From Actinomycetota bacterium (GTDB lineage Bacteria > Actinomycetota > Acidimicrobiia > Acidimicrobiales > Ilumatobacteraceae), in contig JBDKIV010000240.1 of assembly GCA_039796935.1 (NCBI GenBank), positions 14,376 to 78,375 on the forward strand: a DNA stretch of 64,000 nt, read 5' to 3'. A program made the position numbers and the translations under genes. Below are positions 55,521 through 64,000 of this stretch, piece after piece. The first letter of the stretch is position 1, and the number at the start of each line of letters is the position of its first letter. The notes beneath the pieces are model-generated. The model made no database searches. It had not been told where the DNA came from and saw nothing but the letters and a program-made list of their open reading frames with translations.

Positions 55521-57257
55521 TCAGCCCGCGTCGCCGACGGACGACCGGGCCGGGAGCTCGCACGCCTGATCGGTCTCGATCCGCTCGTGCAGGATCGGGC
55601 ACGCATGAGCACCGGCACCCCACGACGGGAACACCGACGAGTACAGGCCCCCGCCGCCGGCGACCGCCACCAGGATGTGGTCGGGGCTGGCGATCGCGTG
55701 GATCTCGTCATCGGGATCGCCGCGCGGCACGAACATCGGGTTGAGCGACTGGAGCCGTCCCCGGCGGTTGGTCGCCAGTCGCTGTAGTTCGACCTGCACC
55801 TCGCGCCGGCCGAGACCTGCACGTGCGAGCACCTGCGCATGCTCGGGATTCAGCAGCACCGCCGCCGAACCGACCCGGAAGAACGCGTTGTTCGAACCCG
55901 TCGTGGCGATCACCGCGGCCACGGCGCGCAGCAGGCGGTACGCCGAATCGGGGTCATCGGCGTCGTCGACGAACACGACCGAGTGCGGGGCTTCGACACC
56001 CACGACGGTCACCACCGAGTCGGACGGCTCGAACCCGACGGCCACCGACAGCGGCTCCCACGGCGACTCGGCCTCGGCCTCGGCCAGACACATCGAGAAC
56101 TTGCCGGGATGACCGAGCAGCGCCATGTCGGACACACCCGGCCTCGCCCCGCCGATGTTGATCATGCACAGGCGCAATGCTCGCCCGATCGAGGCATTGG
56201 CCCGGTGGCCGGGCCCGAGCGCACCGAAGCCGCTCGCCACCCCGCACGCTGCCGGCACGGGACCGTTCACCACCACGAGCGGCGACACCGAGTGCGTCGT
56301 GCTCTGCACTTCGGACAGATCGAACTCGGGACGCAGCAGGGCGCGCAGCCCAGCCACCACGATCGGCATGTGATCGGGGAGACAGCCGGCCATCACCGCA
56401 TTGACGGCGACCGACTCGATGGTCGTCGCCGACCCGAGCGGCCCCATGATCCCGAGGTCGATCGAGCCGTCGAGACCGGTGGCCACGACGAGCCGCTCCA
56501 CACGCTCGCGAGTCGGCACGATCACCGGGAACCCGTCGGTGCAAGCCAGATCGTGCAGCAACTCGAGCGCTTCGGACTCGTCGGAGGCGGCCAGCAACGT
56601 TGTGTCGGCCTCTGACCGCGCCTGCGCCTGGTCGGGCTCGACCGGTGCCCCGACCGCGCCGGGCGCATCGGTCGCGTCGGTCGCGTCGTCGGGTGAGTGA
56701 GCCGGGTTGTCGGGCGACGCTTCGCCACGGAGCACACCGATGAGCCGCGGAGCCAGGTCGGCCGCGAGCGCTGCCATGGCCGACGCCCCCGTCCCTGCCA
56801 CCGGGTGCGGCAACCGGAGCCGGGGCACGTCGGGCATGCCGTTCGAGAGGGCGACGAGATCGCCCTGCTGCCAGAACGCCTCGGTGACCAACGCGACGAC
56901 AGCGCGGTCTCGACGAGCCAGTTGGATCCCGTCACGCACGGTGCCGGAGGTGCAACTGCCTCAATGTCCGTATGCGGCGATCACCGCCGTGCAGGTGGCT
57001 GCGATCTCGGTCAGTTGCTCGTCGCTGGCCAACGCCGACGCGTTGCCCTTGTTCCAGACCCGCACCGACACATCAGGCATCGCCGCCTCGAGCGCCGCAC
57101 CGATGTGCTCGACGAAGGCCACCGAATCGGGAAAGCCGTTCGCGAACAATCCGATCGTGTCGCCCGGACCGATGGGCGCCGAACACGTATACGGGTCGAT
57201 CGGTCCAGCAGGTCGGCCGCGCGGATCGTGGAACTCCATGCGTGCAGCTTCCCACAT
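55521..57257 (-). CDS. UGSC-family selenoprotein candidate (in-frame TGA at 56961-56963) fused to an uncharacterised C-terminal domain of about 330 aa
   Basis: Track ORFs 56961..57257 (…CTAVIAAYGH) and 55521..56939 are in the same frame, separated only by TGA. The read-through gives AAYGH-U-GSCTSGTVRDGIQLARRD. Start at ATG 57257, or at 57239 (GGGAAG upstream). Confidence 0.6.
56919..56958 (-). other. Hand-folded extended hairpin 3-42 nt after the UGA; possible SECIS-like element
   Basis: In the mRNA sense, the lower stem is CAGUUG/CAACUG (perfect 6 bp, plus-strand 56919-24 and 56953-58). The upper stem is CCGU/ACGG capped by the pentaloop GCGUG. Not tool-validated. Confidence 0.25.
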
Positions 57258-57266
57258 CGGGCGAGA

Positions 57267-59240
57267 TCACGGCTCGAGCGAGAGCGCCTCGGCCAGACCC
57301 GTCATCCGCTCGGCCGGGGCCGCCACGCAGGCGCCGACCGCGCCCGCCGAGCCGACCACCACGAGATGCCGGCGCGCCCGTGTGACCGCCGTGTACAGCA
57401 GCTCGCGACCGGCGAGCGGCGAAGTCGCCGGCGGGAGGATCACGACCACCGTCGGGTACTCCGAACCCTGGCTCTTGTGCACCGTCATGGCGTAGGCCGT
57501 CTCGACCTGCTCGAGTTGCACGAGATCGATCGGGCGCGGATGGTCGGGGGTGCCGAACACCGCCACCAGGTCGCCCTCGCGGCGCACCACGACACCGACG
57601 TCGCCGTTGGCGAGACCCAGGCGGGGTTCGTTCCGAGTGACCAGCAGCGGCCGCCCCGGGTACCACAGATCGTCGCCCGCACCCATCCACCGGGCGGCGA
57701 GTTCGTTCCACCGCGACACCCCGTACGGTCCGTAGCGATGGGCGCACAGGATTCTCGCCGCGCCCGACGACGTCAGCGCCTCAGCGAAGTCACCGGCCTC
57801 GGCAGCCGCACGAACCCTGACCAGGACGGGCAACATCACGGAGCGAACGGCATCACGAGCCGTCCGGTCGGGCGCCTCGTCGACTTCGACGAAGGTGATC
57901 TCGTCGGTCTCGCGTCGCAACACCTCGAGCGCCGGGGCACCCACGTCGGTGTCCGGCGCCGGCTCTCGCTCGGCCAGACGAACCGCATCGGCCACCGCGG
58001 CGATCGCCGACTCGGCGCCGTAGCGATGGACACGGTCGAGCCTGACCACGCGACCCGCCAAGGGACCCGACCGCTCGCCGGCACGGACCATGTCGCCGAG
58101 CACGGCACCCAGCTCGACGCTCTCGAGTTGGTCGGGATCACCGATCAGCACCAGACGGGCATCGGGGCGCAAGGCCTCGCACACACGGGCGAGGAGTGGG
58201 GCCGAGACCATCGAGGTCTCGTCGATCACCACGACGTCGTGCGGCAACGGATCGGAGCGATCGTGGCGGAACCGGTGCAGTTGATTGCCCTTCGGGCCGA
58301 GCAAGCGATGAACGGTCGTCGGTGTCAGCGCAGAGAGCTGAGCACGCACCTGCTCGGGCAGAGCAGCCCGCATGTCGTCGGTGGCCAATGCGCCATCGAT
58401 CGACTCCTTCAGACGCGCCGCTGCCTTGCCCGTGGGTGCCGCGAGCGCAACACGTACGGGTCGCCCGGTCTCGGTGGCCTGGGTCATCAGCACGGCGAGG
58501 ATCCGCGCCACCGAGAAGGTCTTCCCGGTGCCGGGCCCTCCGGCGATCACGGCGAACCGCCCGGAGAGCGCCAGGTCGGCGGCCACGCGCTGCCGATTCG
58601 CCACGCCCCCCGACGTGACCGCAGGGAGGAGGCGCTCGAGGAGTTCGAGCACGGCGGGCGTGACGGCGGGCTGGACAGCGGGCGAGTGATCGGCCGATGC
58701 CTGCCCGTCGGGTGCAACCGTCACGCCACCCTCGACCGAGAGGTGACGCAGCATCGATGCGACGACACACTCATCGACCCAGTGTCGCTGCAGGTACACG
58801 CTGGTACCGCGGAGCACCAGCGGACGAGCATCGAACTGCGGCACCGCGTCCCACGACTCGGTCAGCCGCACCACCACGTCCGGTGCACGGTGCAGCGCGT
58901 CGAGCCACTCGCCGACATTCGGCCACGGAAGGTCTCGATCGACGGCACCGAGCGTCGGGTCCGACGGGTCGATCGGATCGATCGGATCGACGAGCTCGCG
59001 CCTGCCCACCTCGCGTTCGACCACTCGGGCCAGCTGACCCAGCGTGGCGCACGAATGACCATGACGGGCCGACCAGGCCGCCATCGCCACGGCGAGGAGC
59101 ACGAGCTGGTCGGAGCACCCGGACGACCGCGCCACCCACGCCGCCAGATGCACCTCGGCAGGCCCCAGAACGCCCGCCTCGACGAAGGGGATGAGCGACT
59201 CCGCTTCGGCCGGGACGAACGGCGACGACATGCTGCTCAT
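57267..59240 (-). CDS. recD: Exodeoxyribonuclease V alpha subunit
   Basis: Walker A AGGPGTGKTF, DETSMV (Walker B), C-terminal TVHKSQGSEY. ATGA overlap with recB. Confidence 0.85.
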   Translation of the reverse strand: MSSMSSPFVPAEAESLIPFVEAGVLGPAEVHLAAWVARSSGCSDQLVLLAVAMAAWSARHGHSCATLGQLARVVEREVGRRELVDPIDPIDPSDPTLGAVDRDLPWPNVGEWLDALHRAPDVVVRLTESWDAVPQFDARPLVLRGTSVYLQRHWVDECVVASMLRHLSVEGGVTVAPDGQASADHSPAVQPAVTPAVLELLERLLPAVTSGGVANRQRVAADLALSGRFAVIAGGPGTGKTFSVARILAVLMTQATETGRPVRVALAAPTGKAAARLKESIDGALATDDMRAALPEQVRAQLSALTPTTVHRLLGPKGNQLHRFRHDRSDPLPHDVVVIDETSMVSAPLLARVCEALRPDARLVLIGDPDQLESVELGAVLGDMVRAGERSGPLAGRVVRLDRVHRYGAESAIAAVADAVRLAEREPAPDTDVGAPALEVLRRETDEITFVEVDEAPDRTARDAVRSVMLPVLVRVRAAAEAGDFAEALTSSGAARILCAHRYGPYGVSRWNELAARWMGAGDDLWYPGRPLLVTRNEPRLGLANGDVGVVVRREGDLVAVFGTPDHPRPIDLVQLEQVETAYAMTVHKSQGSEYPTVVVILPPATSPLAGRELLYTAVTRARRHLVVVGSAGAVGACVAAPAERMTGLAEALSLEP

Positions 59241-62200
59241 GCGTCACCCCCGAGCGCGAGGACCTGATCGAGCGCCACGATCGTGGCCGGCGGCGGCTCC
59301 CAGGCGAAGACGCCGTAGGGGCGTCCGTCGGCCAATGGTGTCTTCGCGCCGACCATTCCCCTGACGAACAGATAGGCGATACCACCGAGGTGAACTGCCG
59401 GGTCGTACCCGCGGAGCCGCCAACGGAGATACCGGTGCAGCGCCACGCTGTAGAGCAGCGCCTGCAGCGGGTAGTCGTGATGGGCCATCGCCGCAGGCAG
59501 CCGGTCGGGATGGTACGAATCCAACGGTCGCGCCGCGCCCCGCTCGTGCAGTCGATTGGTCTTGTAGTCGACCACCACGAATCGCGGAGCTCCGACCGGA
59601 CCGGGCACCCGGAGGACCGCGTCGATCGAACCCTGCAGGTAGCCGGCGATCTCGACGGAGAACCGGCCGTTGGCCAACTGGTCGGCGTACGGACGCTGGG
59701 GGTCGTCGCCCGGAAGGGTGTCGAGCAGCACCTCGCCGATCCGTCGAGCCGGTACACGATGCCGGGTTCCGGCCAGTGGGAGGTCGAAGGCCAGCTCTGC
59801 GAGCCGGTCCGTCGGACCGATGTCGGCAAGGCGGCGGCCACCGAACAACGGCCCGAGTGGCGACGCGAGCATGGCGCTCAACCCCGCCACCAGTTGTGCC
59901 GGCTCGACCGGCAGCCGATCTCGCTCGAGTTGGTCGTCGACACGGGCGGCCAAGTCGTCGGCGAGCGTGACGCTCGTCGGGTCGATCCCCTCGAGCACGG
60001 CGTGCACCAGATTGCCGAAGGCTCGGCCGCCGACCACGTCGGCGAGCGGCATGGCCACCGCGTGGTCCCCCGGCTCGGGCCACACCGCGTCGAGGCCCGG
60101 CCCCTGACCGAGCGCCTCGCCGCCGATGGCGGTGGCGGTGCTCGACTCGTCGGCTCCACCGACGACCGGTGCTGCATCGTCGACCGAGCCGAAGGTGTGT
60201 TGCCGGGTTCGCGACACCGAACTGAACGACCAGCGCTTCCAGTTCGGGTCGATGACGACTCGGTCGCCGGGGTCGGCGACCGTCAGCACCGGCGGCGGTT
60301 CGAGCACTGCGGGCCCCGACCACCGGCGTTCCGACCCGACCCGCGGACAGACCGACACCTCGATCAGCCCACCGCTACGGTCTGCCACCGATCGCAGCGC
60401 CTCGTCGGCGGTGTCGTCGTCCATCGGTACGGACGCCTTGACCGCTTTCAACGTGGGTGCGCCACCGCGTGCCGTGGCCTCGACGAGGGCCGGGCGCGAA
60501 CCGCGCGGTTCGCCAGCCTCGTCGCGGTCGAGGAGCAGTGTCGACAGTGCCCACTGACCGACGTCCTTGCACGGCGCCCACCACACGATCGTGCGGTGCC
60601 GAGCACGGGTGAGGCCCACGTACAGCAACCGGAGTTGATCGCCGAACTGCTCGATGTGGGTCCGGTGCTTGCGAACGTCCTTGGTCTCGAGTCCCGCTCT
60701 CCAGCTCCAGTTCGATGCGATGTCGACGACCCGAGTCGCCGTGCCGTCGTCGTGGTAGACCGACGGACCGAACGAGGACGCCTTCTGCCACGAGAACGGC
60801 ATCAGCACGATCGGGTACTCGAGACCCTTGCTGGCGTGCATCGTGGTCACCTGAACCGCATCGGCATCGGAGTCGATCCGGCGCATCTGCGGATCTCGCT
60901 CGTCGGCGTCACCCGAGCCCGAACGCAGCCGGTCGAGGCAACGGCGGAGGGTGGCCGCCGAGGTACCGGACCCGTGCAGTTCGGCAGCCATCAACTCGGC
61001 GATGTGGTCGAGATCGGTGAGATCTCGCTCACCCCCTCGCCGGTTCAGCAGTGTGGTGACGACACCGCTGTCGGCCCGGACGCGGTCGTACCAGGCGAGC
61101 AAGGGCATGGCGGCGAGGTCGGCGGCCCATTGGGCGCACTGGCGCTGCAGGCCCGCGATCAACTCGTCCGAACCGGTCTCGTTCGGGTCGAGTTCTTGCG
61201 GTGTCCGGCCGAAGAACACTCCGAGCCCGGCGGCTCGCACCGTCGACGACGACGAGGGTCGTTCGATCGCAGCGAGCAACCGGGTCCACTCGTGGCCGGC
61301 CGGCGACGACAGCACGCTGCCGGTGCGCGTTCGCACGGCGGGCACCCCCGCATCGAGCAGCGCCCGCACGACCAGGTCGGCACCCGAGTGGGTCGGCACC
61401 AGCACGGCGATGCTCGCGGGCGTGACGGGCTTCGACCCCTCCGCCCCCTCGATTCGATGGTGGTCGAGGAGGTCGATCACGACGTCGACGAGATCGGCGA
61501 CGATGATCTGGCGCGCGTCGCCGGTTGCCACGAGGTCGGTGTCGCCGGGGTCTCTCGGCACCCGCCGAATGACGAGCGGAGCGCCCGGCTGCAGTGCCCG
61601 GTCGCGCGCCGACGGCGCTGCGTCGACCGGCATCGCCACGATCCGGTCGTCGCCGAGCGTGACGTCGGCGAGCAAGGCATTGGTCGCGGCGACCGTGTCG
61701 CGGTCGCTGCGGTAGTTCGTGGCGAGGTGCACCGTTCGCTGACCATCGGTCGCGGACAGGTAGGTGTGCACGTCGGCACCACGGAATCGGTAGATCGCCT
61801 GCTTCGGGTCGCCCACCAGCACCATGTCGCCGCGGAAACCCCGATCGAAGATCTCCCACTGCACCGGATCGGTGTCTTGGAACTCGTCGACCAGGACCAG
61901 GTGGTAGCGCTCGTTGAGCGCGTCGACCACCGCCTGGCCGTGAACGGGGTCGACGATCGCGTCTCGCAGGCCGGTCAGGAGATCGTCGAAGCCCTGTTCG
62001 TTGCGGAACCGACGTCGACGACCGACCTCGGAGGCGGCCCGGTGCACGAGTTCGATCCAACCCGCCAACTCCGGGGCGTCGTCCGCGGTCGGAACGACCG
62101 ACGATCCCGAGTTGGCCAGGACGGCGGTGACCGACTCGACGAGTTCGGACAGCACCTTGCCCGGGGTGGTGCCGCTGTCCCAGTCGAACCGCGATGCATC

Positions 62201-62695
62201 GTCGAGCAACGAGGCGACCACGAGGTCGCGACAGACCTCGTCGATCACCGCCTTGCCGCTGCTGCCGAGCGAACTGTCGAGCGTTGCGGCCGACCGGACG
62301 CCCAGTTGGCGAAGCGCCTGTTGACAGAACCCGTGAATGGTCGAGATGGTGGCGTCGTCGAAGCTGGCGATCGCCTGCGCGACCCGACGGCGGCGATGTG
62401 CCCGGTCGGCGGCGTCACCCTGCAGCAACACCTCCATCCACGAGCCGTCGGGCGCAACGCCAGCCTCGAGTACCTCGAGCGCATCGACCAATGCCCGCCT
62501 CGACCGGTCGCGCAGCTCGGCGGCCGCTGCCTTGGTGAAGGTGACCACCAGCAGCGACGAGGCCGGGCGGTCGAGTTCGGCCACGTGGCGAACCACGAGC
62601 GCGCTCAGCGAGTAGGTCTTGCCGGTGCCGGCACTGGCCTCGATGACCAGTCGCCCGCGCGGCAGCTCTCCTCGAAGATCGAGGTGCGTGGTCAT
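59237..62695 (-). CDS. recB: Exodeoxyribonuclease V beta subunit
   Basis: ATG 62695 preceded by GGGGGA. EASAGTGKTYSL (Walker A), VDEFQDTDPVQW, and the C-terminal nuclease motif GSIDAV...VVDYKTN. Confidence 0.85.
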   Translation of the reverse strand: MTTHLDLRGELPRGRLVIEASAGTGKTYSLSALVVRHVAELDRPASSLLVVTFTKAAAAELRDRSRRALVDALEVLEAGVAPDGSWMEVLLQGDAADRAHRRRRVAQAIASFDDATISTIHGFCQQALRQLGVRSAATLDSSLGSSGKAVIDEVCRDLVVASLLDDASRFDWDSGTTPGKVLSELVESVTAVLANSGSSVVPTADDAPELAGWIELVHRAASEVGRRRRFRNEQGFDDLLTGLRDAIVDPVHGQAVVDALNERYHLVLVDEFQDTDPVQWEIFDRGFRGDMVLVGDPKQAIYRFRGADVHTYLSATDGQRTVHLATNYRSDRDTVAATNALLADVTLGDDRIVAMPVDAAPSARDRALQPGAPLVIRRVPRDPGDTDLVATGDARQIIVADLVDVVIDLLDHHRIEGAEGSKPVTPASIAVLVPTHSGADLVVRALLDAGVPAVRTRTGSVLSSPAGHEWTRLLAAIERPSSSSTVRAAGLGVFFGRTPQELDPNETGSDELIAGLQRQCAQWAADLAAMPLLAWYDRVRADSGVVTTLLNRRGGERDLTDLDHIAELMAAELHGSGTSAATLRRCLDRLRSGSGDADERDPQMRRIDSDADAVQVTTMHASKGLEYPIVLMPFSWQKASSFGPSVYHDDGTATRVVDIASNWSWRAGLETKDVRKHRTHIEQFGDQLRLLYVGLTRARHRTIVWWAPCKDVGQWALSTLLLDRDEAGEPRGSRPALVEATARGGAPTLKAVKASVPMDDDTADEALRSVADRSGGLIEVSVCPRVGSERRWSGPAVLEPPPVLTVADPGDRVVIDPNWKRWSFSSVSRTRQHTFGSVDDAAPVVGGADESSTATAIGGEALGQGPGLDAVWPEPGDHAVAMPLADVVGGRAFGNLVHAVLEGIDPTSVTLADDLAARVDDQLERDRLPVEPAQLVAGLSAMLASPLGPLFGGRRLADIGPTDRLAELAFDLPLAGTRHRVPARRIGEVLLDTLPGDDPQRPYADQLANGRFSVEIAGYLQGSIDAVLRVPGPVGAPRFVVVDYKTNRLHERGAARPLDSYHPDRLPAAMAHHDYPLQALLYSVALHRYLRWRLRGYDPAVHLGGIAYLFVRGMVGAKTPLADGRPYGVFAWEPPPATIVALDQVLALGGDA

Positions 62696-64000
62696 GGTTC
62701 CCCCGTCTGTCCGACATCGGCGCCCGAGTCGGATTCGGGGGGCATCGCCGCCGCCTGCATCGCCTTCTTCGTCTTCGCGTCGAGCTTGGTCTCGGTCTCG
62801 TCGATCGCCGCCCGGTAGGCACCCCAGATCCACGATGCGGCGCGAGCGGCACACCCGCCGGTCGACCCGCCACCGTGACCACCGGGGCCGAGCAACCAGT
62901 CGAGTCGCTCGGGGACCTCGACGGCCAGGAAGTCGTCGAACGACACCTCGGACCACACCATCGCGGCGTGCTCGTCGTAGCCGATGTCGTCACCCTCGAA
63001 CGCAGCGCGCGCCTTGGCCGCCTGACCGGCGGCAAGCTGGAACGACGTCTCGTCGAGCAACGGCACCACGTCGTGGCGAGCCCACCACAGCACGGTGATG
63101 GCAGCCCGGAGCAGGCGATCGACCGCATCGCCGTCGGTCTCGTCGCCCCGGCGCACCCTGAGCCGATAGGTGACCGGCGCCGTACCCGACGAAGGCCTGC
63201 CGATGACCACCGCCGTCCAGTCGAGGTCGGGGCGCTCCCGGTGCAACACCGCCAACCGGAGTGCGGCGGTCAGGCGGTGCCACGGCTTCGTCGTGCCGTA
63301 CCGGACGTCGACGAGGCACCCGTCACGATCACCGACGACCAGGTGACCGATGGTGCCCGACAGCTCGACCCGTTCGAGCCGACCCGCGATCTCGACCTCG
63401 ATCGCCTGCTCCACCTCGATGGCCTCGACCGCATGCACCGGAACACCGGCCACCTGCGCTGCCATCTGCAGGAGTTCGGCCTGCTCGCTGACGGTCTGGA
63501 TCGTCGCCGAACCGAGTTCGCCCGGCGGGAGCCAGCCGTGAAGCCGGACCGCTTCTCTCCACTCGGCGACGTCGGTGACGCTCGAGTCGCTGCCGAGCGC
63601 TGCCAGCAACTCGCGGCCCAACTGCGCCCGGTGCAGTGCACTGGCTTCGACGGGCAGGCCGTCCTCGAGCGCAACGGACTCGCCCGGTAGCCGGATGTCG
63701 AGTCGCCGGCGGAGATAGACCTGGGCGGGACGTCGGACTGCGTCGAGCAGTTCGTCGAGGTCGACGTGACTGATCGGCGCAGGCGGCAGCGCCCACCGAG
63801 ACCAGGCATCGCCTGCATCGAGCGTGCTTGCCGACGCCGAACGCTTCGCCAGCGCTGCGTCGAGCATCGCGGGGTCGAACGTGAACGGTCCCGGTCGAGT
63901 CGTCCCCAGCCCGCTCGGCCGGAGCGCTCGATCGTCGAACCCGTGGCGGGGGTGACGCACGACGACCGGGCCGAGTTGGTCGTCGAGGTCGACGAGGTCG
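62692..64000 (-). CDS. recC: Exodeoxyribonuclease V gamma subunit, C-terminal part (5' end beyond window)
   Basis: The frame stays open from 64000 (no stop upstream of the track start at 63960). It overlaps the recB start by 4 nt. Position and length are consistent with recC; the sequence itself is only weakly recognised. Confidence 0.7.
   Translation of the reverse strand, partial: DLVDLDDQLGPVVVRHPRHGFDDRALRPSGLGTTRPGPFTFDPAMLDAALAKRSASASTLDAGDAWSRWALPPAPISHVDLDELLDAVRRPAQVYLRRRLDIRLPGESVALEDGLPVEASALHRAQLGRELLAALGSDSSVTDVAEWREAVRLHGWLPPGELGSATIQTVSEQAELLQMAAQVAGVPVHAVEAIEVEQAIEVEIAGRLERVELSGTIGHLVVGDRDGCLVDVRYGTTKPWHRLTAALRLAVLHRERPDLDWTAVVIGRPSSGTAPVTYRLRVRRGDETDGDAVDRLLRAAITVLWWARHDVVPLLDETSFQLAAGQAAKARAAFEGDDIGYDEHAAMVWSEVSFDDFLAVEVPERLDWLLGPGGHGGGSTGGCAARAASWIWGAYRAAIDETETKLDAKTKKAMQAAAMPPESDSGADVGQTGEP

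Noticed and set aside
56697-62818. Very long plus-strand ORFs (856 aa and 1142 aa) opposite recD and recB
   Set aside because: They are shadow ORFs. The minus strand carries Walker A/B and nuclease motifs of RecD/RecB. The plus-strand products are Arg/His/Gly-rich with no motifs.

Overview
Gene-dense chromosomal segment with very high G+C (about 70 percent by eye) and actinobacterial style: frequent GTG/TTG starts, many 4-nt ATGA/GTGA start-stop overlaps, and Thr/Pro-rich lipoprotein linkers. I support 55 protein-coding features. I found no rRNA, tRNA, CRISPR array, transposase or integrase. Many long ORFs in the track are antisense shadow ORFs typical of high-GC DNA and were discarded. Layout: 1-4.3 kb holds a thiol-disulfide pair (TlpA-like thioredoxin plus DsbB/BdbC-like), a rhodanese, and a large membrane protein with an ABC ATPase. 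4.4-20.8 kb is a mixed set: MBL-Rieske fusion, GH2 beta-galactosidase, L,D-transpeptidase, 2OG oxygenase coupled to gluQ, GGDEF-EAL, YhhN, serine hydrolase, MBL hydrolase, TetR, MscS, CapA, CopG/DUF411 and USP. 20.8-39.9 kb is a peptide-catabolism neighbourhood: pepN plus a SufS-like gene, a serine hydrolase, a peptide-type ABC importer without ATPases, a TetR, and a 7-gene translationally coupled operon (class III aminotransferase, MlrC-like M81 peptidase, asparaginase, two beta-lactamase-fold hydrolases, M20 dipeptidase, GNAT). 40.6-49.4 kb has an arylsulfatase divergent from an operon of a small-molecule kinase plus three tandem membrane-anchored paralogs. Two of these paralogs carry a linalool-dehydratase/isomerase-like domain, and each of those two is followed by a conserved micro-ORF. 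49.4-54.4 kb has a GAF histidine kinase, a LuxR-type response regulator, a PAS-DHp-REC protein lacking an ATPase domain, and two hypothetical genes. 54.5-64 kb holds recC-recB-recD, apparently continuing into a UGSC-type gene. Main leads: (1) the kinase plus triplicated membrane-anchored Ldi-like plus micro-ORF operon, which I do not recognise as a described system. (2) Two independent in-frame TGA codons sitting exactly at the first Cys of redox/metal Cys motifs (U-G-C-C in a CopG/DUF411 protein, U-G-S-C in a UGSC-family fusion protein), suggesting selenocysteine decoding. (3) An identical AT-rich 17-mer (plus one degenerate copy) in three promoter regions, linking the peptide importer, the 7-gene operon and the sufS-like/pepN unit into one putative regulon. 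All family assignments come from motif recognition by eye and need HMM or structure confirmation.
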